64,000 bases of DNA from assembly GCA_963668695.2 (NCBI GenBank), contig CAXXLQ010000004.1, positions 2,560,001-2,624,000 of the forward strand, written 5' to 3'. Shown piece after piece: positions 40,669-51,232 of the stretch. Position numbers and translations under genes: made by a program. Source of the DNA: Vicinamibacteria bacterium (GTDB lineage: Bacteria > Acidobacteriota > Vicinamibacteria > Marinacidobacterales > Marinacidobacteraceae). The notes below the pieces were generated by a model. It was not told the origin of the DNA, searched no databases, and was given only the letters and a program-made list of their open reading frames with translations. The first letter of the stretch is position 1. Each line of letters starts with the position of its first letter.

Positions 40669-40831
40669 ACGTCTCCGAACCCTATGTTCTCGAAGTGAAG
40701 TGGTCGGGTTCCGGAGAACCCACCATCAGGGAACTCGCGTCAAATCGCAGTTCGACCGGGCATTGTACCATCGCGCGCCCGGCGAGCGCCCATCACTGGA
40801 GGTGAGGGATGCGCCCCCCGGAAAAGGGGTG

Positions 40832-42181
40832 ATGGCCGTGATTGGTTGGCTGGATCGTTTCTTCGAGATCGGAGCCCGCGGCAGCACCCCGGGGCGCGAA
40901 GTGTTGGCCGGTGCGACCACCTGGCTGACCCTCGCCTACATCGTGCTGGTCAATCCCATCGTGCTCGGGGCGGCGGGGATGGATACCGGCGCGGTCATGG
41001 TGGCCACCTGCGTCGGTGCGGCGCTCGCGACGGCGTCCGCCGGAGTGTTCGCGCGCTTGCCGGTCGCCCTCGCGCCGGGAATGGGCCTCAACTTCTTCTT
41101 CGCCTTCACGCTGTGCGGAACCGCCGCCACCGGGGGATTCGGGCTGAGCTGGCAGCAGGCGCTCGCCGCCACCTTCATCGCCGGCGTCCTCTTCCTGGCG
41201 AGTTCGCTGTTCAAGCTTCGTTCGAAGCTGATGGACGCCGTCCCGGAACCCTTGCGGCACGGGATCGTGGCCGGCATCGGGTTGATGATCGCGGTGATCG
41301 GGCTTCGCTGGGCCGGTCTGCTGGTCGCCACCCCGAACATCTACATCGGGCCCGGCGACCTCGGGGCGCGCCCCGTGCAAGTTGCCCTGGCGGGGCTCAT
41401 CGTCACCGCCATCCTCGTGATCCGGCGGGTACCCGGAGCGCTGCTCATCGGCGCCGGGGTATCGGGCGTTTTGAGCCTGGGGTTCGGGCTCACCCAGTTC
41501 ACCGGGGTGGTTTCGGTGCCCCCCTCGATCCTCCCGACGTTTCTTGCGCTGGACTTCGGGGGTCTCTTCGCGGCGCCCACCTGGATCCTTGCGGTGGTCG
41601 TGCTCCTGATCGTGGACATGTTCGACACGATGGGGACCCTGCTCGGCGTTACGAGCCGTGCCGGACTGATGGAGGATGGACGCGTTCCCCGAGCCGAAGC
41701 GGCTTTCGCGTCCGATGCCGGCGGCACGATGCTGGGCGGCCTGCTCGGCACCTCCACCATCACCACCTACATCGAAAGCGCCGCCGGTATTGCCGCGGGC
41801 GGCCGGACCGGACTCACCGCGCTAACGACGGCCGGTCTGCTGCTGTGCTCGATGTTCTTCCATCCGCTGCTGTCCGTGATCGGCGGGGTGCCTATCGGGG
41901 AGGGGATCACGCTCTATCCGGTGGCGGCGCCCATCCTGATCCTGATCGGCATCTTCATGATGCCGGAGGTCGCCAAGGTGCCCTGGGACCGTCCCCTGGC
42001 GGCGATCCCGGCGTTCTTCGTGGTGGTGGGAATGCCCCTGACCACCAGCATCACGAACGGGATCGGCGCGGGCTTCATCGCCTGGTCCGCTCTCCACCTG
42101 CTCTCGGGGAAGGGCCGGGACGTCTCCTTGGTGATCCACGCCCTGGCCGGGCTCTTCGTGCTTTTCTTCCTGCTCGAATAG
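40832..42181 (+). CDS. NCS2/AzgA-family purine permease
   Basis: YIVLVNP, ALAPGMGLN, DMFDTMGT and TTYIESAAGIAAGGRTGLT motifs. Confidence 0.93.
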   Translation: MAVIGWLDRFFEIGARGSTPGREVLAGATTWLTLAYIVLVNPIVLGAAGMDTGAVMVATCVGAALATASAGVFARLPVALAPGMGLNFFFAFTLCGTAATGGFGLSWQQALAATFIAGVLFLASSLFKLRSKLMDAVPEPLRHGIVAGIGLMIAVIGLRWAGLLVATPNIYIGPGDLGARPVQVALAGLIVTAILVIRRVPGALLIGAGVSGVLSLGFGLTQFTGVVSVPPSILPTFLALDFGGLFAAPTWILAVVVLLIVDMFDTMGTLLGVTSRAGLMEDGRVPRAEAAFASDAGGTMLGGLLGTSTITTYIESAAGIAAGGRTGLTALTTAGLLLCSMFFHPLLSVIGGVPIGEGITLYPVAAPILILIGIFMMPEVAKVPWDRPLAAIPAFFVVVGMPLTTSITNGIGAGFIAWSALHLLSGKGRDVSLVIHALAGLFVLFFLLE

Positions 42182-42215
42182 CGAGGAGGGTTCCCGGCGA
42201 CAATCGTCGTTCGAA

Positions 42216-43205
42216 CTAACGCTCCGCTTTCCGGATGGCGCGGGCCTCCGGAGCGAGGTGAATGGCCCCGCCGAAGGTGCTGACGCTGATCTGCGGCCCG
42301 CCGTCCCCGTACCGGCCCTCGAGCCTTCGGCTGTCGCGCTCCGTCTCGAACTCCAGGTCATTCTGGATTTCGCCCGAATAGGTGGTGACCGCGACCGTGA
42401 ATCCAGGGACGGATCCGAGTCCCAGCAGGACCGCCCCCGAGTGGGTCTGGAACTCGTACCAGCCGTTGAGCTGAAGGACGCCGCTCACTCGGATGGGCGC
42501 CGTCAGGGTCATGAAGCTGGCACGGTGGGCCCGGACATCCGCAAGATTCAGACTCCCGCTTACGGTTTCCGCCCGCAGGTTGTGGGCTTCCAGATCCGTG
42601 ATCTCGATGGGCCCACTGACGCTGCGCAGGAGGAAGTCTCCGTCCGGAGTGGCGATCCCGGCAATCGTGATGGGCGCCGTGAAAGTGCGCACCTCCAAAG
42701 AGGCCCCATCCGGGAGCCAGACCTCCAGATCTACCGACACCGGGGGGATCCGCCTGGGTGGCCGGACCTCGGCGATGGGTGTGTCCTGTCTCCGCTCTTC
42801 CGAAGACCGGTCCGACCCGGACGAACCTCCCTGCTCTCCGCGCGGGCGGTTGGGTCCGATGTGAATCCGCCGTCCGCGGCGCCTCAAGTCCAGATTCACC
42901 TGGCGGAAGATGCGCGCTGCCTCCTCTGCCGGGAGTTCGGTTTCGAGTCGCTTTATCCCGATCACGCGGAGCATGCGGTCCTCACCTGGATCGGTTCCGT
43001 GCACCTCCACATGTCCGGCGAAGTTCATGATCGAAATCCGGGCGTCGCGCGGAATCTCCACCGCGTGTTCCACCCTTTCCGTCAGGGGCTGGGCCACCAC
43101 CAACTGGGAGCCGGCAAGAAAAACCACCGCCGCCGGTGCGGCGCGCCGGGAAAATCCTTGCCCGACCGGACGCCGCGGCGTCGGATTCGGGGAATGCATC
43201 ATCAC
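42216..43205 (-). CDS. DUF4097-like beta-strand repeat protein
   Basis: VDLEVWLP..ASLEV; repeated (S/T)VSG/THSG/TYSG/TFGG units; start uncertain. Confidence 0.7.
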   Translation of the reverse strand: MMMHSPNPTPRRPVGQGFSRRAAPAAVVFLAGSQLVVAQPLTERVEHAVEIPRDARISIMNFAGHVEVHGTDPGEDRMLRVIGIKRLETELPAEEAARIFRQVNLDLRRRGRRIHIGPNRPRGEQGGSSGSDRSSEERRQDTPIAEVRPPRRIPPVSVDLEVWLPDGASLEVRTFTAPITIAGIATPDGDFLLRSVSGPIEITDLEAHNLRAETVSGSLNLADVRAHRASFMTLTAPIRVSGVLQLNGWYEFQTHSGAVLLGLGSVPGFTVAVTTYSGEIQNDLEFETERDSRRLEGRYGDGGPQISVSTFGGAIHLAPEARAIRKAER

Positions 43206-43281
43206 AAGTTGCTCCTTGGCTGGTTCTCTAGCTTGCTGCGCGGCACCTTTGCCGGATCAGGCGGTCCACTCTCCGCACTCT

Positions 43282-43516
43282 TGGCAGGCGGTGGAGAAAA
43301 GTCAGTCGGCGTCGGTCCGCGGCGCGGAGCGCCGCGGGGGAGGGGGGTGGGGAGGAGTATCCCTGACCCACGAAAAACAATGGCGCGGGCCCCCACCGGG
43401 AGAACTGGCGCGCAGCGATGCGCGACATCACCCCGTGGGGAAAGTGGAAAGACCGGCACATACGGCGCGTCTCTCGTCCCGGGGGCGGTGTGGGGTGCTT
43501 TTTCCACGGGGTGTTA
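43282..43516. mobile_element. Family-B MITE-like element carrying the 18-mer
   Basis: Ends GGCGGTGGAGAAAA / TTTTTCCACGGGGTGTTA, overlapping a stop codon. Confidence 0.65.
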
Positions 43517-43957
43517 GTCGGTGTCGGGGCGTCCTCGTCCCGAAATGGCGTCAATCCGATCCTGGGCCGTTGCGCTGTCACCTCGTTCCATGTCCCGCAT
43601 GAGCATCAGGGTGTTGTGGAACAGATCCAGCTTCCGGCGCAGACTTTCAAACAGGGTCTCCTGGGCTTCTTCATCGTCGGGTGCGGCGGCCGCGCGCCGG
43701 CGACTGTCGGCGATGGCGGCGTCCAGCGCCTGCCGCTCCTGCTCCATGGCCGCGTGCAGGTCTCCGAATCCCTCGGAGTCCGTGGAGCGGAGCGCCGATT
43801 CCAGATCGCCGATCGCCTCTTCGTAGAGCGCTTCGGCTTCGGTGAGCGGATCGGCCACCTCGGCTGGAGCCGGTGTTTCCTCGGCCCACGGCCGCAGGAT
43901 CAGCAGGACTGCCGCGATCCCCAGAAGGGCTGGCCAGAGCCACCGTGCCGGCCGCAT
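43514..43957 (-). CDS. Membrane-anchored helical hypothetical protein
   Basis: N-terminal TM segment and coiled-coil (LDAAIADSR...YRRK-like motif); lies upstream of the DUF4097 gene. Confidence 0.65.
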   Translation of the reverse strand: MRPARWLWPALLGIAAVLLILRPWAEETPAPAEVADPLTEAEALYEEAIGDLESALRSTDSEGFGDLHAAMEQERQALDAAIADSRRRAAAAPDDEEAQETLFESLRRKLDLFHNTLMLMRDMERGDSATAQDRIDAISGRGRPDTD

Positions 43958-44052
43958 GAGGAAACCTTAGCGCCGCAGGGATGCCGGCCGGCGGGCCGTC
44001 GACCCTCGGCCCGAGGGTTTGGGAAACACTCCCTTCTGATTACGCTCGACCC

Positions 44053-45768
44053 TTACCGGAGGTTCCGCAGCCACACCAGAATCCAGATGGCCACGGCGCC
44101 GGCAGCGGCGAACAGCACGGTCCAGCTTATGGAAGCCCGGAAGCTGAATCCGTCCGCCCGCCGGGTCGTGGCCCCCTGGGCCGCCAGAGCGCGAACGGCC
44201 CCGTCGAGCCGCGCCACCGCGCCGCCTCTGAGCGTGCGGGCGACGGGTCCGAAGCTCCCGAGAATCCGGGTAGTGGCCATGACCCCCGGGCCGAGGAGTT
44301 TCCGGTAGAACCAATCGGTATCGAGAGCGATGGTGGGAGACGGGGCGAGGTGGCGCCGGGCCAGAAAGAAGACGAAGCCGGTGGCCGCGAGCAGTTGTCC
44401 TGTCGAAACGACGTGGTCGAGCGTGTAGGGAACGTAGGAAGCGGCGAACGGGAGGCGGCTGTACAGGAGATCCGGGAACACCCCGTAGAGCACGCAGAGG
44501 CCGCCGGCGATTCCCATGGCCGCCAGCAGATTCGTCGGCAGGGGCCGGACGGCGACTCCGCGCCGCTCCCCGAAGAACGCGAACCACGGGAGTTTCAACC
44601 CGACGGAAAGGAATGTCCCGACGGCGGCGACCGTGAGCAGGAGTTCGGTCCACAGCAGGTGTTCTTCGCCGGCCGCGCTGACGATCATGGATTTGCTGAT
44701 GAAGCCGTTGAAGAGGGGGGCTCCCGAGATGGAAAGCGCGCCGACGGCGTACATGACCACAGCGAACCGCATCCCGCGAGCGATCCCTCCGAGATCGGAA
44801 AGGCGGCGCAATCCGGTGGCCTCGATGGCCGCTCCCGCCCCCATGAACAGCAGCGCCTTGTAGAGGATGTGAGAAAAGGCGTGCGATGCCGCGCCATTGA
44901 GCGCGAGTTGGGTGCCGATTCCCACCGCCGCCACCATGTAACCGACCTGACTCACGATGTGGTAGCCGAGCAGCCGGCGGATGTCGTTCTCGATGATCGC
45001 GAAGACGACGCCGTAGAGCGTCATCGCGACACCCAGTGGCACCAGGATCTCGGTTCCCGGGAAAAGGCGCAGCAGCGCGTAGACCGCGGTCTTGGTGGTG
45101 AAGGCCGAAAGGAATACGGAGGCCGAAGTAGAGGCCTCAGGGTAGGCGTCGGTCAGCCAGGCGTGGAGGGGCGGGATCGCGGCGTTGATCGCGACCGCGC
45201 CCAGGATCAGCCAGAACGGAGGCGAGCCGGAAACCAGCGCACCAAGCGAGGCGTCCCCTCCGCCGCCCAGATGGAGGGCGATCCCGACAAACATCAAGGC
45301 TCCGCCGGTGGCGTGGACCAGCAGGTACCGCAACCCCGCGCGCCGGGCGCGGGCCGTCCCTGCCTGCCAGATCAGCGCGAGGGACGCGAAGGCCATCGCC
45401 TCCCAGAAGATGAAGAAGGTGATCCAGTCCCCCGCCAGCACGGTGGCGATCGCGGAACCGGCGTAGAGCAGCGCCGCCGCCGTTTCGCCGGCGCCCATCC
45501 GGTGCGATCCGTAGAGAAACCCCAGCAGGGCCACGATCGCGAAGACCAGCGAGAAGAGGAGGCTCAGCTTGTCCGCGTGGAACCAGATGAGCCGGAATCC
45601 CGCAACGTTCGTCTCCAGAGTGCCTTCCACCCCGCGAAGGAGGGCCAGCAGCGCCCCGATCGCGACGATGATCCCCACCGGTAGTCCGGGGATGCGCCGC
45701 CGGTTGACGAATACGAAAAGGACCCCCAGGAAGAGCCAGAAAGCGGGATGCAGCAGCACCGCGCTCAC
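44053..45768 (-). CDS. Mrp-type Na+/H+ antiporter subunit D-like (third paralogue)
   Basis: PPLHAWLTDAYPEA, SAFTTKTAVY and RRLLGYHIVSQVGYM motifs. Confidence 0.9.
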   Translation of the reverse strand: MSAVLLHPAFWLFLGVLFVFVNRRRIPGLPVGIIVAIGALLALLRGVEGTLETNVAGFRLIWFHADKLSLLFSLVFAIVALLGFLYGSHRMGAGETAAALLYAGSAIATVLAGDWITFFIFWEAMAFASLALIWQAGTARARRAGLRYLLVHATGGALMFVGIALHLGGGGDASLGALVSGSPPFWLILGAVAINAAIPPLHAWLTDAYPEASTSASVFLSAFTTKTAVYALLRLFPGTEILVPLGVAMTLYGVVFAIIENDIRRLLGYHIVSQVGYMVAAVGIGTQLALNGAASHAFSHILYKALLFMGAGAAIEATGLRRLSDLGGIARGMRFAVVMYAVGALSISGAPLFNGFISKSMIVSAAGEEHLLWTELLLTVAAVGTFLSVGLKLPWFAFFGERRGVAVRPLPTNLLAAMGIAGGLCVLYGVFPDLLYSRLPFAASYVPYTLDHVVSTGQLLAATGFVFFLARRHLAPSPTIALDTDWFYRKLLGPGVMATTRILGSFGPVARTLRGGAVARLDGAVRALAAQGATTRRADGFSFRASISWTVLFAAAGAVAIWILVWLRNLR

Positions 45769-46010
45769 GACCCGCGGCCTCCGTCGTAGTAGCTCTCGGG
45801 GCGGGTGAGAAACCGCTTCAGGATTCGGCGGGAGAACCAGACGAGCATTCCGGCGGCGAGCGTTCCCAGGACCAGATCGCCGAGCGGCAGACTGTTCCAC
45901 AAGCCCCCGTGATGTTCCGACCCGGCCCGGAACAGGAGCACATCGAGCCCCACGAGAGCAGCCGCGCCGACACCTACCGTCACCACCGCGATCGGTTGCC
46001 ACCTCCTCAT
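45765..46010 (-). CDS. Small membrane protein of the mrp cluster
   Basis: Two TM segments; C-terminal RPESYYD; translationally coupled on both sides. Confidence 0.7.
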   Translation of the reverse strand: MRRWQPIAVVTVGVGAAALVGLDVLLFRAGSEHHGGLWNSLPLGDLVLGTLAAGMLVWFSRRILKRFLTRPESYYDGGRGS

Positions 46011-47524
46011 GGCGCAACTCCGCCGAGCCCCGTGAAGAACTCGGGAGCGCCGGCGGCGACACTCTGTGCGGCGGAGGTGGCGAGGAACCAGAAGCGGGCG
46101 CCGGCGTCGGGAGCCACCCCGAGCACGATGGCCGCCAGCGCAGCGAAGACCGGCGGCGCCACCAGCCATGCCGACGGTTCCCGGACGGGTCGGTCATCGC
46201 CGGTTTCGAAGACAGCGATCCGGAGGATGGGCAGGTAGTAGGAGAGGTTCAGCAGGCCGCTGACGACGAGTAGCACCACCACCCAGACCTGGTCGTCCGA
46301 AAGGGCGCCCAGGGCCAGGTTCCACTTGCTGATGAACCCCGGGAGCAGGGGGACTCCCGCCATGCCGAGCGCGCCGATCCCGAACGCGGCGAACGTCAGC
46401 GGCATCTTGCGGCCCAGCCCGGACAACTGGGAGATGTGTTCTCTGCCGGTGGCGGCATAGATCGAACCCGCACAGAAGAAGAGGGTGATCTTCAAGAACC
46501 CGTGGGCGACGATGTGGAACGCAGCTCCCGCGAGCGCGAGCGGCGTTCCGATCGCGCCCCCGAGAACGATGTAGCTGAGCTGGCCGATGGTCGAGTACGC
46601 GAGTCGACGCTTGAGATGGTCCTCGCCGAGGGCGCGTAGCGAGGCGAAGAGGATGGTGCCCGCGGCGAGCAGGGCGAGCGGCAGGCTGAGCCCCAGATCG
46701 TGCATCAGCTCGGGGCCGAAAACCCATCCCGTCAGCCGAAGCATTCCGAAAGCCCCGGCCTTCACGACCGCGACCGCGTGGAGCAGGGCGCTCACGGGAG
46801 TGGGCGCCACCATCGCGGCCGGCAGCCAGCCATGGAGCGGAAACACCGCAGCCTTCGCGCCGACGCCCACCAGGAGGAGCACGAACAGGAGGCGCAGGGC
46901 GCCGTCGGTGGCGGTTCCCGCGAGGAAGCCGCCCGGGGTGAACTGGGCGCCGGGGGCCAGCGTCCCCGCCCAGACGACGGCGCCCAGCAGCAGTTGACCC
47001 GCGATCAGCGTGTAGGCGAGGTAGGACCGGCCCGAACCGAGCACTCCGGAGGTTCGCTTGTGAATCACGAGGGGCCAGGTCGCGAGGGTGAGCACCTCGT
47101 AGCAGATCAGGAAGGTCACGAGGTTGGCGGCGAGCGCGACGCCCGCGGCCGCCGCCACGGCGGCTGCGAAGGCAGCGAAGTACCCCGTCTGGTGTTTGAG
47201 GCCGAGCGTTCGGAGATATCCCACCGAATAGCTCGAAGTGACGAGCCAGAGGATCGACGAAAGCGTCAGGAAAATGAGGCCCAACGGGTCGGCGCGGAAC
47301 TGCAGCGGCATACCCGGCAGCAGGGGCAGGGCCGGGCTCAGGTGGGCCGCGCCTCCGAAGGCGGCGGGGAGCATGGAAAGCGCGGCGCCGAGCTGTACGG
47401 CCCCCGCCAGGAAGGTCCACGCCTCGCGGAGCGCGGGGCGCCGTCCGCTGAGGAGAATCGGCAATACGACGGCCAGTCCCGCGCCGACCGCCAGGAGCGG
47501 GCGAAGGGAGACGATCTCAGTCAC
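46007..47524 (-). CDS. Mrp-type antiporter subunit D-like
   Basis: PLHGWLPAAMVAPTPVSALLHAVAVVKAG and KRRLAYSTIGQLSY motifs. Confidence 0.92.
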   Translation of the reverse strand: MTEIVSLRPLLAVGAGLAVVLPILLSGRRPALREAWTFLAGAVQLGAALSMLPAAFGGAAHLSPALPLLPGMPLQFRADPLGLIFLTLSSILWLVTSSYSVGYLRTLGLKHQTGYFAAFAAAVAAAAGVALAANLVTFLICYEVLTLATWPLVIHKRTSGVLGSGRSYLAYTLIAGQLLLGAVVWAGTLAPGAQFTPGGFLAGTATDGALRLLFVLLLVGVGAKAAVFPLHGWLPAAMVAPTPVSALLHAVAVVKAGAFGMLRLTGWVFGPELMHDLGLSLPLALLAAGTILFASLRALGEDHLKRRLAYSTIGQLSYIVLGGAIGTPLALAGAAFHIVAHGFLKITLFFCAGSIYAATGREHISQLSGLGRKMPLTFAAFGIGALGMAGVPLLPGFISKWNLALGALSDDQVWVVVLLVVSGLLNLSYYLPILRIAVFETGDDRPVREPSAWLVAPPVFAALAAIVLGVAPDAGARFWFLATSAAQSVAAGAPEFFTGLGGVAP

Positions 47525-49085
47525 GGTGGACGGCGGAAGCGCGCGCGATGTCGGACGGCCAGTCGGGGAGAATGTGGCGCTCGAAGGGACGCGCGAAGAC
47601 CCCGGTGAGCAGGACCAGGACGGCGAGCCCGATCACGGGTAAAGACAGCGACCGGGGGAGGAGAGCGGGGGGCTTCCGGCCAGCGGCGGGCTTCCGGCCA
47701 GCGGGGGGTTCGCCGGAGGAAACGGAGTCAGGCGCATCCGCGGGCGCCCGGAACCACGCGGCCTCCAGAATGCGCAGGAAGTAGATGGTCGCCAGCAGGC
47801 TCGAAATGATGATGGCGGTAAAGGCCGCCACTCCCGCGGGTCCTCCCTGTCCGACCGACGCCGCGAGCAGGTAGTACTTCGAGAAGAATCCGGCAGTCGG
47901 CGGAATGCCGATCATGGAAAGCGCGGCTACCGTGAGAGCCGCCACCGTCCAGGGAGCGCGGGCGCCGAGTCCCGCCCACCGGTCGACGCCGTCCCCTCCG
48001 CACCGCGTGCGGATCCCGCCGGCGCCGAAGAAGAGGCATCCCTTGGCCAGTGCATGGGCCGTTATGTGGAAGAGGGCGCCGGTGATGGCGAGGGTGGATC
48101 CCATCCCCACTCCGATCAGGATCATTCCCATCGCGGAGATGCTGGACCAGGCCAGCATGCGGGTGACGGAACGTTGGGCGACGGCGAGGATCCCGCCGGC
48201 CAGGACTCCGAGAACTCCGAGCCAGACGAGGACGTCGAGCACCACCGCCCCCGCGGCGGTTCCGGCGAGGACTTCACCGAGCAGCCGGAGGAGCGCGTAG
48301 GCGCTCACCTTGGCCATGACCGCGGCGATGAACCCCGCCGCCGGCGTCGGCGCGTAGACGTAGGCGTCGGGCAGCCAGCCGTGGAGCGGGAACACGGCGG
48401 CCTTGATGGACAGCCCGACGGCGATCAGGACCACCGCCACGGTGAGGGCGGCGTCCGCTTCCACCGAGGGCAGCCGCGCCGCGAGGTCGTCCATGTTCAG
48501 GGTTCCGGTGAGCGCATAGAGGAAGCCGACCCCGAACAGATAGAGCGAACCGGCCGCGGTGCCGGCGAGCAGGTACCGGAAGGCGGCTACCGTGGCCCGG
48601 CCTCCGCCGGAGGCGACCAGCGTGTAGGCGGCGAGTGAAGAAATCTCCAGAAAGACGAAAAGGTTGAAAACGTCCCGGGTGACGACGATGCCGAGCAGGC
48701 CCCCGAGCAGCAGCAGCAAGGCGCCGCGCAGCAGACCCTCCCGAAGTGGAGTCGCCGTGGGTGTAGTCCCCTCCTGATCGGGGCCGAAGGTCTGCGCGAC
48801 CGCGGCGCAGCAGGCCATTCCCGCAACCAGCGCCGCGATCAGCGTGCTCAGGCCGTCAAACCACAGCTCGATGCCCCAGGGGCCGGGCCAGCCTCCCACC
48901 GCGTAGCGAATCGGTCCGCCAGCGGCCACGGACCAGAAGAGCCCCAGGGCCGCCCCGAAGATTGCGGCATGCATGCCGAGAGCCAACCCCCGGGTGCCGC
49001 GCCCGAGCAGGACCGCAACCAGGGGGACGAGAGCCGCTCCGGTCAGCGGGAGCGCGACCAACAGGCCCGGAAGAATGTCTCGCAC
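47517..49085 (-). CDS. mrpD: Mrp antiporter subunit D
   Basis: DVFNLFVFLEI, TGTLNM, PLHGWLPDAY..AP and HALAKGCLF motifs. Confidence 0.9.
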   Translation of the reverse strand: MRDILPGLLVALPLTGAALVPLVAVLLGRGTRGLALGMHAAIFGAALGLFWSVAAGGPIRYAVGGWPGPWGIELWFDGLSTLIAALVAGMACCAAVAQTFGPDQEGTTPTATPLREGLLRGALLLLLGGLLGIVVTRDVFNLFVFLEISSLAAYTLVASGGGRATVAAFRYLLAGTAAGSLYLFGVGFLYALTGTLNMDDLAARLPSVEADAALTVAVVLIAVGLSIKAAVFPLHGWLPDAYVYAPTPAAGFIAAVMAKVSAYALLRLLGEVLAGTAAGAVVLDVLVWLGVLGVLAGGILAVAQRSVTRMLAWSSISAMGMILIGVGMGSTLAITGALFHITAHALAKGCLFFGAGGIRTRCGGDGVDRWAGLGARAPWTVAALTVAALSMIGIPPTAGFFSKYYLLAASVGQGGPAGVAAFTAIIISSLLATIYFLRILEAAWFRAPADAPDSVSSGEPPAGRKPAAGRKPPALLPRSLSLPVIGLAVLVLLTGVFARPFERHILPDWPSDIARASAVHRD

Positions 49086-49099
49086 CGGTTCCAGATCCG

Positions 49100-49444
49100 T
49101 TAGCGAAGCTTCTGGAGCAGGCGATGTTCGTCGAGGGTGCGGAACCGCCGCCGAATTCGTACCAGCAGGCCGAGCGCCAGGCCGGTGGTCGAAACCGAAA
49201 CTACGATGGCGGTGAGCATCAACGTGTGGGGCAGCGGGTTCATGAAGTCGGCGGCCGCCGGACTGCCGGCGCCGTCGAAGATCGGCACCGTCGCTCCGTC
49301 CTTGTATGCGAGGGAGACGAAGAAGACGATGACGGCTAGCTGCATCACGTTCATCGCGAGCAGTTTCCGGAGCAGGTTCGGCAGCAGCGCCATGCCGCCA
49401 AGTCCGATGGTGAACAGCGCGGCCGCAAAGGCGTACGTCGTCAT
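49100..49444 (-). CDS. mrpC: Mrp antiporter subunit C
   Basis: NPLPHTLMLTAIVV motif. Confidence 0.93.
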   Translation of the reverse strand: MTTYAFAAALFTIGLGGMALLPNLLRKLLAMNVMQLAVIVFFVSLAYKDGATVPIFDGAGSPAAADFMNPLPHTLMLTAIVVSVSTTGLALGLLVRIRRRFRTLDEHRLLQKLR

Positions 49445-49522
49445 CGGGCCGTCCGCTTCAGTATTTACGGGAAGGCCGGGCCGCGAGGCGGCCCCTCGAG
49501 CGCGGTTGCGGGTTGGGCGCGG

Positions 49523-50383
49523 TCATTCCGCCGGGCTCCGGCCGGGTGGGGCCCCGATTCCATCTTCCCGCATCCCGATGCTGATCGTGTCGAACAAGAT
49601 GGCGACCGTGCCGGCGACGGTGAGGAAGACGGCGGCTTCGACCCCGAGAGTGGCGAGTTTCCGCACGTGCGCGGGGTCGCCGCCGAGGGGGAGGGTTCCG
49701 TAATCCAGGAAGGAACCCCCGAACGCCATCGCCGCGAGGCCGATCCCGACGTACCCGAGGATCCCGGCGCACGCCAGGATCAGGGCGCCTCGCAGGCCGG
49801 GACCGAAAGCGGGAACTCCCGGGGCCTCACTTCGGGAGGCGTTCGGGGGTCCCCAGACGAGCCGCATCATGACGAGTCCGGAGCCGAACAGTACGCCGCC
49901 CTGAAAGCCGCCCCCAGGGCTGATATGGCCATGAACGAGCACATAGACGGCAAATACCAGGACGGCCGGGACCAGGATTCTGGCGGCCGCGTCCAGCAGG
50001 ACGCTCCCGAACGGATGCGACATCCCGGGCCCGGGAAGATCGGCGCGGTCCCGGGCGGCCCCGGCGAGGATCACCAGGCAGCCCAGGCCGGCCGCGAAGA
50101 TCACCGCGGTCTCACCGAGGGTGTCATAGCCGCGGTAGTCCGCCAGCACCGCCGTGACCATGTTGGCGGCCCCCGTCTCCTCGGCCGCTTTCTCGATGAA
50201 ACGGGGAGAGACGTGGGTTGCGGCGGGAGAGGCGGGATCCCCGAACCGCGGGATCTCCGCCATGGCCAGGACGAGGCCGACAAAGAGAGCCGGGAACGCG
50301 ACGGCGCCGAGCAGCAGCCGGATGCGAGCCGATCCGCCCGGCCGCTTCCCGTGGGCCGCGGCGGGCGTGGACCCGTCCATCAA
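49523..50383 (-). CDS. mrpB: Mrp antiporter subunit B (MbhE + MnhB domains)
   Basis: NMVTAVLADYRGYDTLGE and GHISPGGGFQGG motifs. Confidence 0.9.
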   Translation of the reverse strand: MMDGSTPAAAHGKRPGGSARIRLLLGAVAFPALFVGLVLAMAEIPRFGDPASPAATHVSPRFIEKAAEETGAANMVTAVLADYRGYDTLGETAVIFAAGLGCLVILAGAARDRADLPGPGMSHPFGSVLLDAAARILVPAVLVFAVYVLVHGHISPGGGFQGGVLFGSGLVMMRLVWGPPNASRSEAPGVPAFGPGLRGALILACAGILGYVGIGLAAMAFGGSFLDYGTLPLGGDPAHVRKLATLGVEAAVFLTVAGTVAILFDTISIGMREDGIGAPPGRSPAE

Positions 50384-50631
50384 TCGAACCTCCGGCTCGT
50401 TCGAAACGCGGTCGAGACGAACAAGATGGTGGTCAGCGCCCCACCGACGCAGGCTTCGGTGAACGCGACGTCCACGGCGCCCATGAGCGCGAACCAGGTG
50501 GCGGCCGAAAAACTGAAGACGCCGAAGAGCGCCGCGGCCGCCAGCAGGTCTCTCACGGCCAGGGCAGTGACCCCCGCGAGCAGCATCACCGCGAGCAGTC
50601 CGACGCTGATCAGGTGTCCCTCAGCCATCAT
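50380..50631 (-). CDS. DUF4040/MbhD-like antiporter subunit
   Basis: AVDVAFTEACVG motif. Confidence 0.85.
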   Translation of the reverse strand: MMAEGHLISVGLLAVMLLAGVTALAVRDLLAAAALFGVFSFSAATWFALMGAVDVAFTEACVGGALTTILFVSTAFRTSRRFD

Positions 50632-50969
50632 CGCTCTCCGGACGGATCTTCCGCTTCATCCGCGCCCCACACGGGAACGCCGCTCTTCCTGGCCGCCCGG
50701 GCGAGGGCGTGCGTTGCCGTCGGGTTGGCCACCGCTACCAGGATCAGGACGAGCGCCAGCTTGACCGCCACCGCGGGATCCCGCGCCAGCAGGGCGAGCC
50801 CCAGGAGGCTGAGCGAGAGTCCGGCGGTGTCGCATTTCCCGATGGCGTGCAGACGAGTGAAGAAGTCGGGAAGGCGGAGGATCCCGACGACGGCGGCCAG
50901 GGTAAAGAAGAGCCCGGCCGCGAGAAGGACGACCGCGAGCGCGTCGGTAAGGTTGAGCCAGGAGATCAC
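50628..50969 (-). CDS. mrpG: Mrp antiporter subunit G
   Basis: GILRLPDFFTRLHA and NPTATHALARAA motifs. Confidence 0.93.
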   Translation of the reverse strand: MISWLNLTDALAVVLLAAGLFFTLAAVVGILRLPDFFTRLHAIGKCDTAGLSLSLLGLALLARDPAVAVKLALVLILVAVANPTATHALARAARKSGVPVWGADEAEDPSGER

Positions 50970-51232
50970 GGGCTGCTTGATCCTTCGAAGTACTTCGCGA
51001 GGACCAGGGCGCTGAGGAATCCGATCAACGCGTAGGCGAGGGCGATGTCCGTGAACATCTCGGGCCTCCCGGAGAGCTCGCCCGCGACCACCAGCAGGAT
51101 CAGGGTCTTGGTCCCGATCAGGGCGACACCGGAAAGCCGGTCCCAGAGTGTCGGGCCGCGGACGACCCGGAAGAGCGATCCGCCGATCGCAAGAAAAATG
51201 GCGCCCGCGAAAGCGGTCAGCAAGACGGACAT
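50966..51232 (-). CDS. mrpF: Mrp antiporter subunit F
   Basis: RVVRGPTLWDR and DIALAYALIGF motifs. Confidence 0.9.
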   Translation of the reverse strand: MSVLLTAFAGAIFLAIGGSLFRVVRGPTLWDRLSGVALIGTKTLILLVVAGELSGRPEMFTDIALAYALIGFLSALVLAKYFEGSSSP